A stretch of 63,925 nucleotides of DNA, the filler included, from Octopus bimaculoides (taxonomy: Eukaryota), in assembly GCF_001194135.2 (NCBI RefSeq). It is 8 parts of 7 records of this genome, joined end to end, with 100 filler letters (N's around TTAATTAATTAA, not from the genome) between each part and the next. Parts side by side here need not be neighbours in the genome. Positions count along the whole stretch, not along the records: positions 51,787 to 53,998 come from NW_026361175.1; positions 54,099 to 55,194 come from NC_069002.1; positions 55,295 to 61,165 come from NC_068986.1; positions 61,266 to 62,346 come from NW_026408250.1; positions 62,447 to 63,925 come from NC_068982.1; 3 more parts are not named here. One strand, 5' to 3'. This document shows, piece by piece, positions 52,660-63,925 of the stretch; within the stretch, counting starts at the first letter, position 1, and the number at the start of each line of letters is the position of its first letter. A model generated the notes under the pieces. That model worked only from the letters and a program-made list of their open reading frames with translations. It did no database searches and was not told the DNA's origin. The position numbers were made by a program, and so were the translations under genes.

Positions 52660-53621
52660 GTATAGACAAAAAAGAAGAGAGAGTGAGAGAGAATAAAAAG
52701 TGGATAAATGAATGGCGAAATGCATTGTTATGTTGTAGAATATAAATGTCCATGTTGGCGTCTAATCCGTGACGAGAGAAATCACGAAAGCAAGACGAGA
52801 GATTCTGTGGCGGACACCTAACTAGATTCTTATTCGGAATGTCACGTAGGGTGTAATAAATATACATACACGCATACATGCATACATACATACATACATA
52901 CATACATACACATAAATATATATATGATGTATGTATGTGTATGGATATTAATTACATATACGTATATGTATATTTATTACATGCACATATACATATATAC
53001 ATACGTACATACATATATATANNNNNNNNNNNNNNNNNNNNNNNNNNNNNNNNNNNNNNNNNNNNNNNNNNNNNNNNNNNNNNNNNNNNNNNNNNNNNNN
53101 NNNNNNNNNNNNNNNNNNNNNNNNNNNNNNNNNNNNNNNNNNNNNNNNNNNNNNNNNNNNNNNNNNNNNNNNNNNNNNNNNNNNNNNNNNNNNNNNNNNN
53201 NNNNNNNNNNNNNNNNNNNNNNNNNNNNNNNNNNNNNNNNNNNNNNNNNNNNNNNNNNNNNNNNNNNNNNNNNNNNNNNNNNNNNNNNNNNNNNNNNNNN
53301 NNNNNNNNNNNNNNNNNNNNNNNNNNNNNNNNNNNNNNNNNNNNNNNNNNNNNNNNNNNNNNNNNNNNNNNNNNNNNNNNNNNNNNNNNNNNNNNNNNNN
53401 NNNNNNNNNNNNNNNNNNNNNNNNNNNNNNNNNNNNNNNNNNNNNNNNNNNNNNNNNNNNNNNNNNNNNNNNNNNNNNNNNNNNNNNNNNNNNNNNNNNN
53501 NNNNNNNNNNNNNNNNNNNNNNNNNNNNNNNNNNNNNNNNNNNNNNNNNNNNNNNNNNNNNNNNNNNNNNNNNNNNNNNNNNNNNNNNNNNNNNNNNNNN
53601 NNNNNNNNNNNNNNNNNNNNN

Positions 53622-53655
<34 letters not shown>

Positions 53656-54098
53656 CTAAATATGTTAGCTGGACTTTTTAAAAGGTTAGGTTCTAAAGTT
53701 TTGATGCTGAGATGCACATGTATATAAGTGGTAGTGTGTGTGTGTGCGTGCTTGTGTACACGGGAGTTTGTATGAGTGTGTGTTGGTGTATGTGTGTATG
53801 TATGTGTCGTTTTGTGCGTGTTCATATTATTATTTGTTTTTTTTTCTTTTGAGCGCGAGCAATTTTGCTTGTATTTCATTTGGCGTCTGTCTTACATTTA
53901 TATGCATCTCGTATGTACTGATGTCTATGCACAAACACACACTCACATATAGATGTGTGTGTGTGTATACACACACATGTATATATATATATATATATNN
54001 NNNNNNNNNNNNNNNNNNNNNNNNNNNNNNNNNNNNNNNNNNTTAATTAATTAANNNNNNNNNNNNNNNNNNNNNNNNNNNNNNNNNNNNNNNNNNNN

Positions 54099-54143
<45 letters not shown>

Positions 54144-54150
54144 CGTATGT

Positions 54151-54310
54151 ACGTTGGGCTTCTTTCAGTTTCTGCTTACTAAATCCACTCACAAGACTTT
54201 GGTTGGATCATGGCTATAGTAGAAAACACTTGCCCAAGGTGCCACAACGTGGGACTGAATCGGGAACCATGTGGTTGGCAAACAAATATTCTCACACCAT
54301 GCGCAGTCAC
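54151..54310 (-). mobile_element. tRNA-derived SINE family B
   Basis: GGGCTTCTTTCAGTTTC...AAATCCACTCACAAG...CACTTGCCCAAGGTGCCAC...GGGACTGAA..GGAACCATGTGGTTGG. Confidence 0.88.
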
Positions 54311-54519
54311 ATACATCAACCTAAAGAATATTTTGCCAAATACTTAATCGAAATTCTTTCAATTCTAAAACACGGTTCAAACCCAACATTTTCCCCCTTC
54401 TTCATTTTCTCCTGCTTTTTTTTTTAACTTACATTTTTGACCTTCAGAGAAATAAACAAACAAAAGTCACAAGTCTGTTGCAGGTTCACATATTTATTTA
54501 TAAGTATGAATCATTAGCA

Positions 54520-54684
54520 GTAGTAGTGGTGGTGGTGGTAGTGATGGTGGTAGTACTAATAGTAGTAGTATTGGTAGTAGTAGTAGTAGAAGTAGTGGTA
54601 GTAGTAGTAGTAGTAGTAGTATTGGTAGTAGTAGTAGTAGAAGTAGTGGTAGTAGTAGTAGTAGTAGTAGTATTGGTAGTAGAA
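54520..54684. repeat. (GTA)n tract with 51-bp higher-order periodicity
   Basis: ATTGGTAGTAG marker recurs at 54570, 54621 and 54672. Confidence 0.85.
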
Positions 54685-54912
54685 GGTGGCGAGCTGGCAG
54701 AAATGTTAGTACACGGGGCGAAATGCTTAGAGGTATTTTGTCTGTCTTTATGTTCTGAGTTCAAATTCTGCCATGGTAGACTTTGCCTTTGTTCTTTCGG
54801 GGTTAATAAATTAAGTACCAGTTGCCTGCTGGTGTCGATCTAATTGACTGGCCCCCTCACCCCCAAATTTCAGGCCTTGTGCCTATAGTAGAAAGGATTA
54901 TTATTATTATTA

Positions 54913-54956
<44 letters not shown>

Positions 54957-54968
54957 CATTATTATTAT
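54685..54968 (+). mobile_element. SINE family A with (ATT)n tail
   Basis: Full-length match, then (ATT)n from about 54897 to 54968. Confidence 0.92.
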
Positions 54969-55039
54969 TAGTGGTGGTGGTGTTAGTAGTGGTGGTGGTA
55001 GTAGTATTGGTGGTGGTGGTAGTAGTAGTAGTAGTAGCA

Positions 55040-55072
<33 letters not shown>

Positions 55073-55490
55073 GTAATACAAGTAGTAGTAATGGTGGTAA
55101 TGGTAGTAGTGGTGGTGGTAGTAATAGTAGTAGTAGTAGTAGCATTAGTAGTGATGGTGGCAGTGGTGATGATAGAAGTAGTAGTAATTGTAGCNNNNNN
55201 NNNNNNNNNNNNNNNNNNNNNNNNNNNNNNNNNNNNNNTTAATTAATTAANNNNNNNNNNNNNNNNNNNNNNNNNNNNNNNNNNNNNNNNNNNNTATATA
55301 TATATATGCATACATGCATATGTATATATGTATATATACATACATACATACATGCATACATACATATATGTGTGTGTGTGCGTGCGTGTGTGTGTCTCTA
55401 TTTCTCCTGCGAGCCTTATGATCTTCCTACCCTCAGACATAAGCCCGAAAACCCGCTTTTAATATTAGGTTGATAATAATTTACATATTA

Positions 55491-55633
55491 CGAACCTCTT
55501 AGCGGTTTGGTAAAGGAAACGAATAGAATAAATACCGGTCTTAAAAATAAACTGCGGAGTAGATTTAGTCGACTAAATCCTTCAAGACGGTGCCCCAGTC
55601 TGGCCGCAATCAAATAAATGAAACAAGTAGAAG
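55491..55633 (-). mobile_element. SINE family D
   Basis: CCTTCAAGACGGTGCCCCAG..TGGCCGCA...TGAAACAAGTA, reverse match to 59590-59810. Confidence 0.7.
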
Positions 55634-56304
55634 TAACACTTATTTAAAGGTGCAATGAGTTTGACTTGAGGAAGATTTATCTACTATTTCTAGTTGTTTG
55701 ATAGAGCACTTTGGGGCTCTGTCATCGGCATAACATATTGAAATTCTTCCTGTATGAAAGAAATCGATTACGAATGGCGCAAAAGAATTGCAGGAACGTT
55801 GACACTGTTACTGCAAAGATACAAAGTTCATTTTAAAAATACAGAAATCTAAGAATATTTTCCTTGCAGCGACTTAATAGGAAGATTCTTTTTAGACATC
55901 CAATGGAGAACCAAATCCCAAACGTAAGCTGGAAGTATATAAAGGGATAGAAAGGAGTGTGAGAGTCACTGGAGGTAAACTGTGTATTAATTAAGAAGTT
56001 TAAAATACTAAAATCAAATATAGAATAAAGAGGGGGAGAAGCTTTTGAGATTACATGAAGCATGAAGCAAAATATTTTATGTTATTTTATTGCGAACCTT
56101 GTCCCTTGAGATCCTCTCTCAGAAACAAGACTTGTAAAACTACCCACATGTAATAACAACCGCGATCGCATGCGCATGTATGTATACATGTTTTCACATG
56201 CATATATATATATATATATGTACATACATATATATAGTGGAGTCGATATAAACCGCTCCCTGCCAAACTTTAGGTCTTATTCCTATAACAGAAAAGACAT
56301 AAGG

Positions 56305-56752
56305 GCAGATACATTCCTCTTTGGTAGGGCTCTCATTAACTTCAAGTTTCTCTTGAAAAGGAAATTGGGAGGGAAGTGCTGTCCACGAAGAGTTTATTGA
56401 AAGGTGGGTGAAAGTTGCGAAAATGGCAAGAGTGGATGGTACCTTTCTCTGTGTAGACATGTAAGTCGGAGAGAAGGAATTGGAGAGGGCATTTGCTCTT
56501 GGTGTTTAAGGAAATATCGGACAGTGGGATTCTTCGATTATCTCTAGAGGCCTTCCTGTGTCAGGAGGGCTACATCTCTATCATCCTCTCTCACCCATTT
56601 TTTTACACCTTTGTATATGCCCCTTCGTTTTCAGTGTACACCGTGTATACTTCTTTTCTTTTTATCATTTCATTATATGTAAACCCCCACACTTTATGTT
56701 TGTCTTTGTATTGTCCCCCTCATCCATAGTTCTTATGGCAAATACATAAAAT
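56305..56752 (+). mobile_element. Tx1/L1-like ORF2 C-terminus and 3'UTR
   Basis: TFLFGRALINFKFLLKRK...EFIERWVKVAKMARVDGTFLCVDM*, then a pyrimidine-rich UTR ending GGCAAATACATAAAAT and (CAT)n. Family call rests on recalled similarity. Confidence 0.5.
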
Positions 56753-56764
56753 CATCATCACCAT

Positions 56765-56872
56765 CATCATTATTTCCTATCTCATCATTATTTCCTATCT
56801 CATCATTATTTCCTATCTCATCATTATTTCCTATCTCATCATTATTTCCTATCTCATCATTATTTCCTATCT
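56765..56872. repeat. 18-bp minisatellite, six perfect copies of CATCATTATTTCCTATCT
   Basis: Counted directly. Confidence 0.97.
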
Positions 56873-56889
56873 CTCCCTCTCTTTTATCA

Positions 56890-57398
56890 TTATTGAGTAA
56901 TATGCTATCAAAGTGACACTAGTATGCTATCAAAGTGACACTGGGGTACAAATATACGAAGCCCAACATATCCATCATGACTACCCATTTGATAAGGGTA
57001 CATCAAGCACATGCATCACAACCATGCAAGTGGGGCCCAGTTAGAATTTTCTTCAGATCTAGTAGTCCATCCTGCTCAAAAGATCCCTGAATAAGGGTTA
57101 CTTAAGGATGTTGAATGAAATACTTATGTTTCCAGAGGTGAATTATTCAAACCCTAAAGAATTCCTCTCAACACATGGATATGATGCTCCCCTACTACTT
57201 GTGCTCGTGATGAGAGATGCACATATCGTCAGTCACCAAGGGACATGCTCAATTAGTTAAGGTCAAACAACTGACAAGCAAATCTGTGGTATCGAGCAGA
57301 ATATTTGCTGTAGCCCATCTTTTATACCAAAACAAAACAAGCACATGATAACACTTCTAATCAGAAACCACGAGAGCCAGTGCCTGGTACTGCATCTT
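56890..57398 (-). mobile_element. Non-coding interspersed repeat flanked by (ATT)n; same family as 31960-32255
   Basis: About 280 bp shared with 31960-32255. Local duplication of TATGCTATCAAAGTGACACT. Confidence 0.8.
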
Positions 57399-57400
57399 TG

Positions 57401-57440
<40 letters not shown>

Positions 57441-57509
57441 ATTCCGTCGAGGCCGACTTACGGGCCTTGTGCTTTTAGTAGAAAGGCTTATTATTATTAT
57501 TATTAACAA

Positions 57510-57709
57510 GGCGGTGAACTAGCAGAATCATTACTAGCACGGGGAAAATACGTAGCAGCTTTTCGTCTGAGTTGAAATTCCGTCGAGGTCGATTTTGCCT
57601 TTCAGCCTTTCGGGGTTTGTGAAATAAGTACCAGTTGGGTACTGGGGTCGATGTAATCGACTATCTACCCCCACAAGTTCAGGGTGGGGGCATAGTCGAT
57701 TACATCGAC
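57510..57709 (+). mobile_element. SINE family A with fold-back 3' end
   Basis: Head GGCGGTGAACTAGCAGAATC, core match, and an inverted copy of the core palindrome at the end. Confidence 0.8.
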
Positions 57710-57943
57710 TAGGATTATTATCATTAAGAAAGAAAGGATTGTTATCATTATTAGCTGCGCGTTAAACGTTATGATCAGTGGAATGCTTTAGTAAATATAT
57801 CTTTGTGTTTAGTTAAATTCCGAGTTCATATATCGACAAGAGGGAAGCTGAAATATCGAAGTCAGTTATGTCAATTACAGACTATATAATTATATAATTC
57901 TAGGTCATCAGCCATTTGATCACAATGTGTAATTAGGTGAGAC

Positions 57944-58049
<106 letters not shown>

Positions 58050-58661
58050 GCAGTTGATAAACAATATATGGGTGGCAACATATTTAATACGCAGAAAACT
58101 GAAAAAATTGAAGTGGAATTGCGTTGAAGGAAAATGGTATTACTCACCGATGACTAAAACCGATATTTTATCCATGCTATCACCGCAAGTAAGAGAGATA
58201 ACATTCTGTTTACTACAACATGCCCTGAGCTAAGTAAATAAATCGCCGATCGATGTTTTTCTCTTAACATACATTTTATTCTACATCGTAACATTAATGT
58301 TCCATTTCTCAACGATTGAAGGTCATTAACTGAGGTGATATCTTCGCCTTCGAACGTCCTGCAAGGGCCGTGAGATCCCTCAGACATTACTAATATAAAT
58401 ATGTCATAAATAACATTGCACTATCTACAAATTAATATAAAATGAAAGGTCAGATCTAACTTTTGAATTTTTGAAAATTCTTTTCTTATTTTTAACTTGC
58501 AATTTATCTTCCTCATGTATTTGTTTTTTGTACCATGTTGGAAAGCTACGATGATGACATATTTTTGCTGAGGTGTCCATATTAAAATTGAAACAGAACC
58601 AAAATTGACGTATTTATTTTCTCTTCTCGTATTTTAATTTATCCCTTTTTAACGTTCCTAG

Positions 58662-58724
58662 CTGGTGGAATTGTACAGAAGCCGAGGCCGTCGGGCTCCC
58701 TGACAGTCAAATGCTGTAGGCGCC
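58662..58724 (+). other. Candidate 63-nt internal exon of an unidentified gene
   Basis: Pyrimidine tract and TTCCTAG acceptor, GTAAGT donor at 58725, GC-rich body, one open frame (GGIVQKPRPSGSLTVKCCRR). Confidence 0.3.
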
Positions 58725-59089
58725 GTAAGTTTACATAGTGATAGCTTTGCGAATCTCTGACAGAGTTTGGAATCGCTTGTACGGTAAACATTGGGTGTTG
58801 ACTATATGTTCCATCACTAAAACTGCAGAGAAAGCTATTAAGTGGCTAGGGTTAATTGAGAAGATTAAGCGAGTGGTTTGTTACTGCTAAGATGCAAACC
58901 GAGACTGAAGCAACTTGAGTGAGGAGGCCTCACAACTCCAAGAACATTGCTAATGATGCACACCAATACAACCTAGACGTGTATCTTAAAACGACAACGA
59001 CACTTTTAGACTTATAAATGATCTATGCACTTCCACCCACAAATAGGTAGACGAGCCAGTATAAATGGTTTCTAACATAAATATCGGAT

Positions 59090-59200
59090 GGGAAGAGTAG
59101 TGTCGATTGGATTAAATTAATACCTAACTGGTACTTTATTTTATCGATGAAAGATGAAAGGCAAAGATTATCACCAGTCAGAATTGAACTCAAAATATAA
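59090..59200 (-). mobile_element. Decayed SINE family A core
   Basis: AACTGGTACTTTATTTTATCGA..AAGATGAAAGGCAAAG...TTGAACTCA. Confidence 0.55.
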
Positions 59201-59589
59201 AGGGCTGTAAGTAAATTTAGCTACTTTTTTTGTTGTTCGCTGCTCTTCTGATTCATCCAATACGTTGTCCTCACATAATTATTGGTGTAAAAAAACTAAT
59301 AAAAAGAAAACTAACTCTTAGCACAGAACAAATATGTCGATTTAATTACGAGTAGATTTACGATTTGAGTGGTTCGAGGATTGTTGGCATCAACACTGAC
59401 GTTGTAATTCACTTCTAAGAAATGGAAAAATTCTGAAATGGCGGATCATGAAATTTTGAGAAAGTTCCAGTAGATATCTGTGACAAAATTATGATTTCAC
59501 CTTTTATTAATTTTTCATACCAACATATCTATTTTTCTGTAGGAGAACGTCGCACATTATAAGGTGTTTTTTTTCCTTTCAGAGTTTTT

Positions 59590-59810
59590 TCTTTTATCTT
59601 TATTTTCTGTCATTGGACTGCGGCCATGTTGGTGGACCGTCTTTAAGGATTTTACTCAAACAAATCGACCCCGGTACTTGTTTTACGTTTTAAGTCTAGT
59701 ACTTATTCTATCGGTATCTTTGACCGTACCACTTGCTTGCGGGTACGTAAACAAGCCAACACAGATTGCCAAGCGGTATAGGAGTGGAGTGAACAAACAG
59801 ACACAGACGT
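59590..59810 (+). mobile_element. SINE family D ending in (CA)n
   Basis: TGTCATTGGACTGCGGCCATG...ATCGACCCCGGTACTT...ACGTAAACAAGCCAAC. Confidence 0.75.
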
Positions 59811-59811
59811 A

Positions 59812-59874
<63 letters not shown>

Positions 59875-59889
59875 TGGGCTGCCACACAT

Positions 59890-60028
59890 TTTCCTTCTTC
59901 CAAGTTCATTCACAAGTTATTGGTCAGCCTGGGGTTATAGTTGAAGACACGTGCCCAAGGTGCTGCGCAGTGGAAGTGAATCTCAAACCAGGTGATTTCA
60001 AACCGAGCTTCTTAACCATCCGTGCAGT
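59890..60028 (-). mobile_element. Decayed SINE family B
   Basis: TCACAAG..TTGGTC...TATAGT.GAAGACAC.TGCCCAAGGTGC. Confidence 0.7.
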
Positions 60029-60248
60029 TACAACAAATTATTGTCATTATACGGAATATTTATTTTACTACTTTTCCTACCGCTCTCCACCTGTAATTGG
60101 CAGTGTCGCAAGATGAACGATTCTGCCACACTCATGTTGTGTCTGGTTGCCTTCTTCATAATTCCAGAGAGATTTTGATTCAGCTCTACAAGTTACCATT
60201 TATTATCATAGTGCAAAGGATATTTAATTGCAATTAGATGAACTGAGA

Positions 60249-60322
60249 CATTGGTCCGCTATCTGACACGCAGATAGCGGACCACCCAATGGTCCGCTAT
60301 CTACGTGTCAGACCATCCAATG
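60249..60322. repeat. Compound inverted repeat (two overlapping hairpins)
   Basis: Perfect 14-bp IR (60252-60265 / 60271-60284) and a 23-bp IR with one mismatch (60262-60284 / 60290-60312). Confidence 0.92.
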
Positions 60323-60800
60323 TGTTAATACTCAAGCATATACTGCGGCTATCAATGTGCCCCATTTTTTATTAATTTTTTTTCCACTTCAACGATGCGA
60401 AGTTTCTAAGATTTTACTGTCATATAATTAGAGCGGTGAAATTTGAATAAGTGGAAGGGTAGTGGATAATTAGCACACCTTGGGGTATTTATTATAAGTT
60501 CGAATGTCAGTTGAGCCTCAGTGGTCGCAAACAAAAAGTGTCAGTCAAGTGCACTGGAGTTGATTTGTCTGTCTGTCTGTCTGTCTGTCTGTCGCTGTCT
60601 CTCTTCCTCAGAAACAGTAGTGCTACAAGGACGTAGAGGACAACATAGAGTAACTCATTTTTCTAAGACTATCTCTCGCAGAATTGGAAAATATGGTCAA
60701 CGAAGCTCTGGCAAGATCAAGACACATCATCATGATGACGATGGCGACTCCAATTATCGCAGGAATGACTCACACACACATAGCCATCATATTGGTTGAA

Positions 60801-60941
60801 TTTTTTGACACAAGGCCAGCGATTTGGTGGTGGGGTGGGGGTGGGGGTAAGTCGATTACATCGGTTCCAGTGCTCAACTGGTACTTTTTTTTATTGTCCC
60901 CGAAGGAGATGAAAGTCAAAGTCGACCTCATCGGAATTTGA
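60801..60941 (-). mobile_element. SINE family A 3' half
   Basis: ACACAAGGCCAGC...AGTCGATTACATCG...AAAGTCGACCTC..CGGAATTTGAA. Confidence 0.8.
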
Positions 60942-61265
60942 AGCACCACCATCTTATTAAAATCTGAAAGCCGTTAATGTGGACCATCCTGGATGTCATA
61001 GCTTGCAAATGGTGTGTGTTGGCTTGTGCAGTAAATTTTAGCGCGGAGAAATTTTAAACGCATGTTGTATACAAACTTGCAATCGAAAGCAGTCGATCAA
61101 CTTGTCGTCAGGTCAATTTGCACTTCAATTTGATTTCTTAAAATTATATATATATATATATATATNNNNNNNNNNNNNNNNNNNNNNNNNNNNNNNNNNN
61201 NNNNNNNNNTTAATTAATTAANNNNNNNNNNNNNNNNNNNNNNNNNNNNNNNNNNNNNNNNNNNN

Positions 61266-61312
61266 TGATGAAGGTTGGAGGGTATATCAGCCGAAACGTT
61301 GTGTTAACAACA
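61266..61312 (+). ncRNA. Hammerhead-like motif truncated by a gap
   Basis: [N]TGATGA-A-GGTTG(GAGGGTATAT)CAGCC-GAAA-CGTT: core, 5-bp stem II, palindromic AACGTT. The 5' strand of stem I lies in Ns. Confidence 0.55.
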
Positions 61313-61427
61313 AAACTGGCATTTGGCGTAGTGGTTAAAAGTGCGGGCAGTTGTCTTGCTGGAGCACTCACCTGTTGGGTTCGTCGAACAAATCGTCCCC
61401 GGCAGTTATCGTTTTAGTCTGTTGCGT

Positions 61428-61512
61428 ATACTGGGGTCTCTTCGGCCGACCAAAGTCCTCTAAAGCGATGCTCCAGCATGGCCGCAGTCTAACGACTGAA
61501 ACAAGTAAGAAG
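61428..61512 (-). mobile_element. SINE family D 5' fragment
   Basis: CCAGCATGGCCGCAGTC.AA.GACTGAAACAAGTAA. Confidence 0.7.
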
Positions 61513-61559
61513 ACCAAAGATAAATAACCAACAATTGTTTGTTTTTCCCTGCACAATAT

Positions 61560-61677
61560 TATACCCCCCCCCCCTCCAACGCCAACAATAACAACTATGG
61601 CAACCACCACCACCACCATCATCGTCGTTATTTTCGTTGCCATCATCATCATCATCATAATCATCATCATCAACATT

Positions 61678-61714
<37 letters not shown>

Positions 61715-61724
61715 CCATCATCAC

Positions 61725-61807
<83 letters not shown>

Positions 61808-62070
61808 CCATTATCATTTTCAATAATACCAGAACCATGACACCACCACCACCACCGTCGTTGTTTTCGTTGCCATCATCATCATCATCACCATCATCAT
61901 CATCATTACCATCGTCGTCATCATCATCATCATTATCCTCATCATCATCATCATCATCATTCTCGATAGTAAAAATTACAACACTAACACCACTACACCA
62001 TCACCAACACCACCACCACCACCACCACCGCCACTACTACTACCAACAACAACAACAACAACAACAACAT
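61560..62070. repeat. Degenerate (CAT/CAC/AAC)n tract
   Basis: Source of the poly-His, poly-Ile and poly-Met ORFs. Confidence 0.95.
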
Positions 62071-62315
62071 CTACTACTGCAAAACAACAAAAGCCATACT
62101 CCAATAACAATGACGTCAACGCTAAACAAGAGAAAATTTTCCAAGAAATCAAACAGCCCCAGGACACAAAATGGTAAGAATACAAAGATGGAAGCGAAGT
62201 CCATTTATAAATATGGCACCCGTTTATAGCTTGGGGCAGTTTTAGACTGGCTTTGACTTCAACAACAATTATTTGAATCGCTTCACTGTTCCCCCCACTC
62301 GGCACCTCTACCACC

Positions 62316-62346
<31 letters not shown>

Positions 62347-63125
62347 NNNNNNNNNNNNNNNNNNNNNNNNNNNNNNNNNNNNNNNNNNNNTTAATTAATT
62401 AANNNNNNNNNNNNNNNNNNNNNNNNNNNNNNNNNNNNNNNNNNNNATATATATATATATATATTAGAGGAAAAGGACAACAAAAACCAAGGTACGACGA
62501 GTACCTCAAGTCATTTATACATGTCAACAATTACTCAATAATTCACCACAGTTACTCAATAAACAACATAATTCACCGCTATTAATTCATTTTAACTCCA
62601 AATATTAATTCATAGTACACCGCAATTACTCAACAAACAACACGAAGCATTTTCTACATGGAAGCATAAGTTTTTTCGCACCTTTAGATTCTTCCATAGG
62701 TCCTAATGCAAGCAAAATCAACACACATAACATTTTCCTATATACAACCACGGTCGTTACAATATAGGCACGTTTTTCCTTTCCTTTTCTCCTCTATCAA
62801 CATATGTATCTCAGAAGCTAGCTTTAATTGTTTTTTTTTAATTTTTAATTCTAAATTTAACTGTTAAGTTTTAAATTCTAATTCTTTAATTTGTATCATT
62901 TATCGATTTAATTGTATATATATCCTTTTAAGCTAAGCATCTATTTTTAGCTATCCCTACTGACCATTGACCACACCTAACCTAGATTTCATCTATTCAA
63001 TTAATATACATAAATAGTTCCTCCTCCACTTTTCCAAAATTTTAACGCCTGACCTCTCACCCCGAATCGATACTTACGAAGAATGCTAGTATCTTATCTC
63101 TATCTTTGTTCTTTATAATTTTATT

Positions 63126-63169
<44 letters not shown>

Positions 63170-63238
63170 ATTTTTGATTTTACTTTACTTTCGCTATCAT
63201 TCAATTTTTTCCCGCACCTATCCCATTCTTGTCTTTTC

Positions 63239-63271
<33 letters not shown>

Positions 63272-63925
63272 CTTCTTTTCTCTTTCTCCTCTCTCTTCTA
63301 TCCACTAACTCACAACCCACTTCTGTCTATCTTGATGTCTGCATTTCTCACTCTATATACCCATGTGAACCATTTACATACTAGCTAACCATTTAATCCA
63401 TTACTTCAACATGAGTGCATCATTCAAAATACTGCCAAAATGCTGCCTGGATTTACCTGGGGTTATACATAAGGGCCTGTACCTTCACAGAAGTACGGAT
63501 CAACCTTCTTGCCCTCTGAAAAAAGATAAACTGTGAACTTTATTCTCCTGTCTGTATTCTTCTATCTACTTTTACTCTTTATTCTTCTATTTTATTCTTT
63601 ATAACCTGTGAATTTCCCTGTCTAGAACTTTCATAGGAATACCCAGTGTATATGCACGCTATCCTATCACTTGGAATATCCAAATTCACCCTACCCTAAC
63701 TAAATTATTATAAATGACTTGAGATACTCATCCTCCCTTGGTTTTTGTTGTCCTTTTCCTCTGATATAGACCTGCTAACACGGAAACCTAATACGGATCC
63801 TCAGCTCCAGCCTCAGCTGTGAAATTGGAACCTAACGGATGACCACTTATAGCATTTACTTATTCATTTAGATCACCAGTGAACTAAACCCCTCATATTC
63901 TATATATATATATATATATATATAT

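Noticed and set aside
56765-56872. Regular short repeats suggestive of a CRISPR array
   Set aside because: No spacers, no cas genes, eukaryotic context; a plain minisatellite.
63470-63530. Possible 33-nt minus-strand micro-exon (GKKVDPYFCE or RARRLIRTSVK)
   Set aside because: Weak donor and too short to separate from chance.

Overview
AT-rich, microsatellite-dense, gapped eukaryotic DNA. The SINE/LINE content looks like an octopus-type cephalopod genome (inferred from recalled family resemblance, not searched). No intact host protein-coding gene, rRNA, true tRNA or CRISPR array is supported, and most ORFs in the track are microsatellite or N-gap artefacts. The window is a transposon graveyard. 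It holds a boundary-complete piggyBac (6711-9006), a CR1-type LINE, seven R4/Dong-like LINE fragments, an RTE fragment, a DD37D/maT Tc1-mariner fragment, Tx1/L1-like pieces and many tRNA-derived SINEs. Two signals lie outside the ORF track. (1) Several type I hammerhead ribozyme folds with short palindromic stem III, of the kind known from Penelope-like elements. The two best are homologous copies at 5989-6078 and 40085-40168 (minus strand); the first overlaps a 34-bp hairpin that could sequester stem I. (2) A 1.8-kb Tx1-like element (22337-24128) with ORF1 and a LINE-type 3' end but no ORF2, flanked by a candidate 14-bp target-site duplication. All calls come from manual reading and translation.
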